A stretch of 64,000 bases of DNA from Nitrosopumilus sp. (lineage in GTDB: Archaea > Thermoproteota > Nitrososphaeria > Nitrososphaerales > Nitrosopumilaceae), in NCBI GenBank assembly GCA_965223425.1, contig OZ245003.1, positions 832,001-896,000 of the forward strand, written 5' to 3'. Made by a program: the position numbers and the translations under genes. Below the pieces are notes generated by a model, which worked only from the letters and a program-made list of their open reading frames with translations, made no database searches and was not told the DNA's origin. Positions 62,875 to 64,000 of the stretch are shown in pieces. Each line of letters begins with the position of its first letter. Positions within the stretch are counted from its first letter, which is position 1.

Positions 62875-63925
62875 TATACATGCCTTGATTGTTCACTGCA
62901 GATGCTCCGGCCAGACTTGCACCGGACGTGGATGTTCCAACATTTGCAGATAAGAACCTGCCAGGCTGTTGTATGGCTCCTCCAAGTGCGCTGTTTGCAG
63001 AGCCGTGTGAAAAGCCTCGCATGATTGCCTTCATGCCAGTAGAGCCTGCCACGCTTGCAGATGTAATGGATGTCGATACCATGTTGCCTACCCTAGTTGA
63101 GAGGTTTCCAAGCATCGGCGATAGCATGACTGGGAAAAACACCGCCAAGAACCCTATGCTTAACAGCTGAAACCACATGCGAAGTGGCGGCATGTTCTGC
63201 GAATCAATCGTGGATAACCCCACAGACAAGACAATGGCTGACATTATTGGCGCCATGGATAGCCCTATCAGGTTCTGCTGGAACATGTCTGATATGCGGC
63301 CAGTGTTGATCCACGGAATCAGGCCTATTGCAGATACCAACGGAAACGAAACGATAATGATTTCAGTTAGCATCACGCGAATGGCAGACAAGACAAACAT
63401 CATTGCAGTCATGAACATCACGGCAAATCCCTTGAATAGCGCAAGCAGTACGTTTACGATATACTCCTCTCCAAAGAACGGATTCTGCAGTGCATCGTTC
63501 CACGACTCTTGGCTCAGGACCGATGTCTGGTTGAATCCCCCCGCATCAAAGATATCGACTGGGTCTACTGACGTATTGCCATTCACACTGCACGTTACAG
63601 AGCCCATCATGCACCATAGGTCCGCCGTCTTGCCGTGCGGGTCCCCTCCAAAGGGATCCATGAGGTACAACGAGGATGACTCGATGACTAGTGCCGTCAT
63701 GTCCCACAGGTACGGTAGCACAAGATAGATTGGAATCAGCACAATCATCTTTGCAATTATCCCGTATGCCGTCCCCTGTCGTACTATGTTGAACTCTTCA
63801 AAAAAATATGACAGTCCTGCAAGCATCAAAAGTATGACAAATATTCCAAGCGCAATCTTTACCATCAGCCCATACATTGCCAAGGATGGAAACGACTCGG
63901 CAAACTCTTGTTCTGTCACCTCCAT
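62849..63925 (-). CDS. VirB6/TrbL-like polytopic membrane protein
   Basis: About six TM helices with a Gly/Ala/Ser-rich tail; ICE-like context. Confidence 0.65.
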   Translation of the reverse strand: MEVTEQEFAESFPSLAMYGLMVKIALGIFVILLMLAGLSYFFEEFNIVRQGTAYGIIAKMIVLIPIYLVLPYLWDMTALVIESSSLYLMDPFGGDPHGKTADLWCMMGSVTCSVNGNTSVDPVDIFDAGGFNQTSVLSQESWNDALQNPFFGEEYIVNVLLALFKGFAVMFMTAMMFVLSAIRVMLTEIIIVSFPLVSAIGLIPWINTGRISDMFQQNLIGLSMAPIMSAIVLSVGLSTIDSQNMPPLRMWFQLLSIGFLAVFFPVMLSPMLGNLSTRVGNMVSTSITSASVAGSTGMKAIMRGFSHGSANSALGGAIQQPGRFLSANVGTSTSGASLAGASAVNNQGMYSAAGGASK

Positions 63926-64000
63926 GGAATCTTCCTGATTGCCGATGACTACAGAACCTCCCCCCGATGTCAGAACAGGCAGGTATTCTGGTATTCTCTG

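Overview
This is an accessory region, most likely from a thaumarchaeal (Nitrosopumilaceae-like) archaeon; that assignment is inferred from protein style, TATA-type promoters and a TFB-like gene. It has three parts. (1) 1-33 kb is dense in insertion sequences (ISH3, IS5, IS630, IS110, IS481 types, often nested). It also holds a second dndB-dndC start whose dndB is IS-disrupted, a RelE-like gene, large secreted proteins and small repeated gene cassettes. (2) 34.5-50 kb is a DNA phosphorothioation defence locus, dndB-C-D-E-A, HNH, pbeA-B-C-D, followed by a nuclease-like/SWIM gene and flanked by extra HNH and Mrr_N-domain genes. (3) 50-64 kb looks like an integrative conjugative element backbone: VirD4/TraG-like ATPase, ParM-like actin, prepilin peptidase, TFB-like and VirB6-like genes. 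The main unexplained signals are: a covarying structured non-coding element upstream of both dnd loci; IS630 copies that duplicate CG rather than TA; an IS110 element with a structured non-coding end (bridge-RNA candidate); a PbeA with a degenerate PLD site next to an inserted HNH nuclease; a repeated small 2-3 gene cassette; and a tRNA-like pseudogene. All family calls come from motif recognition by eye, with no database searches.
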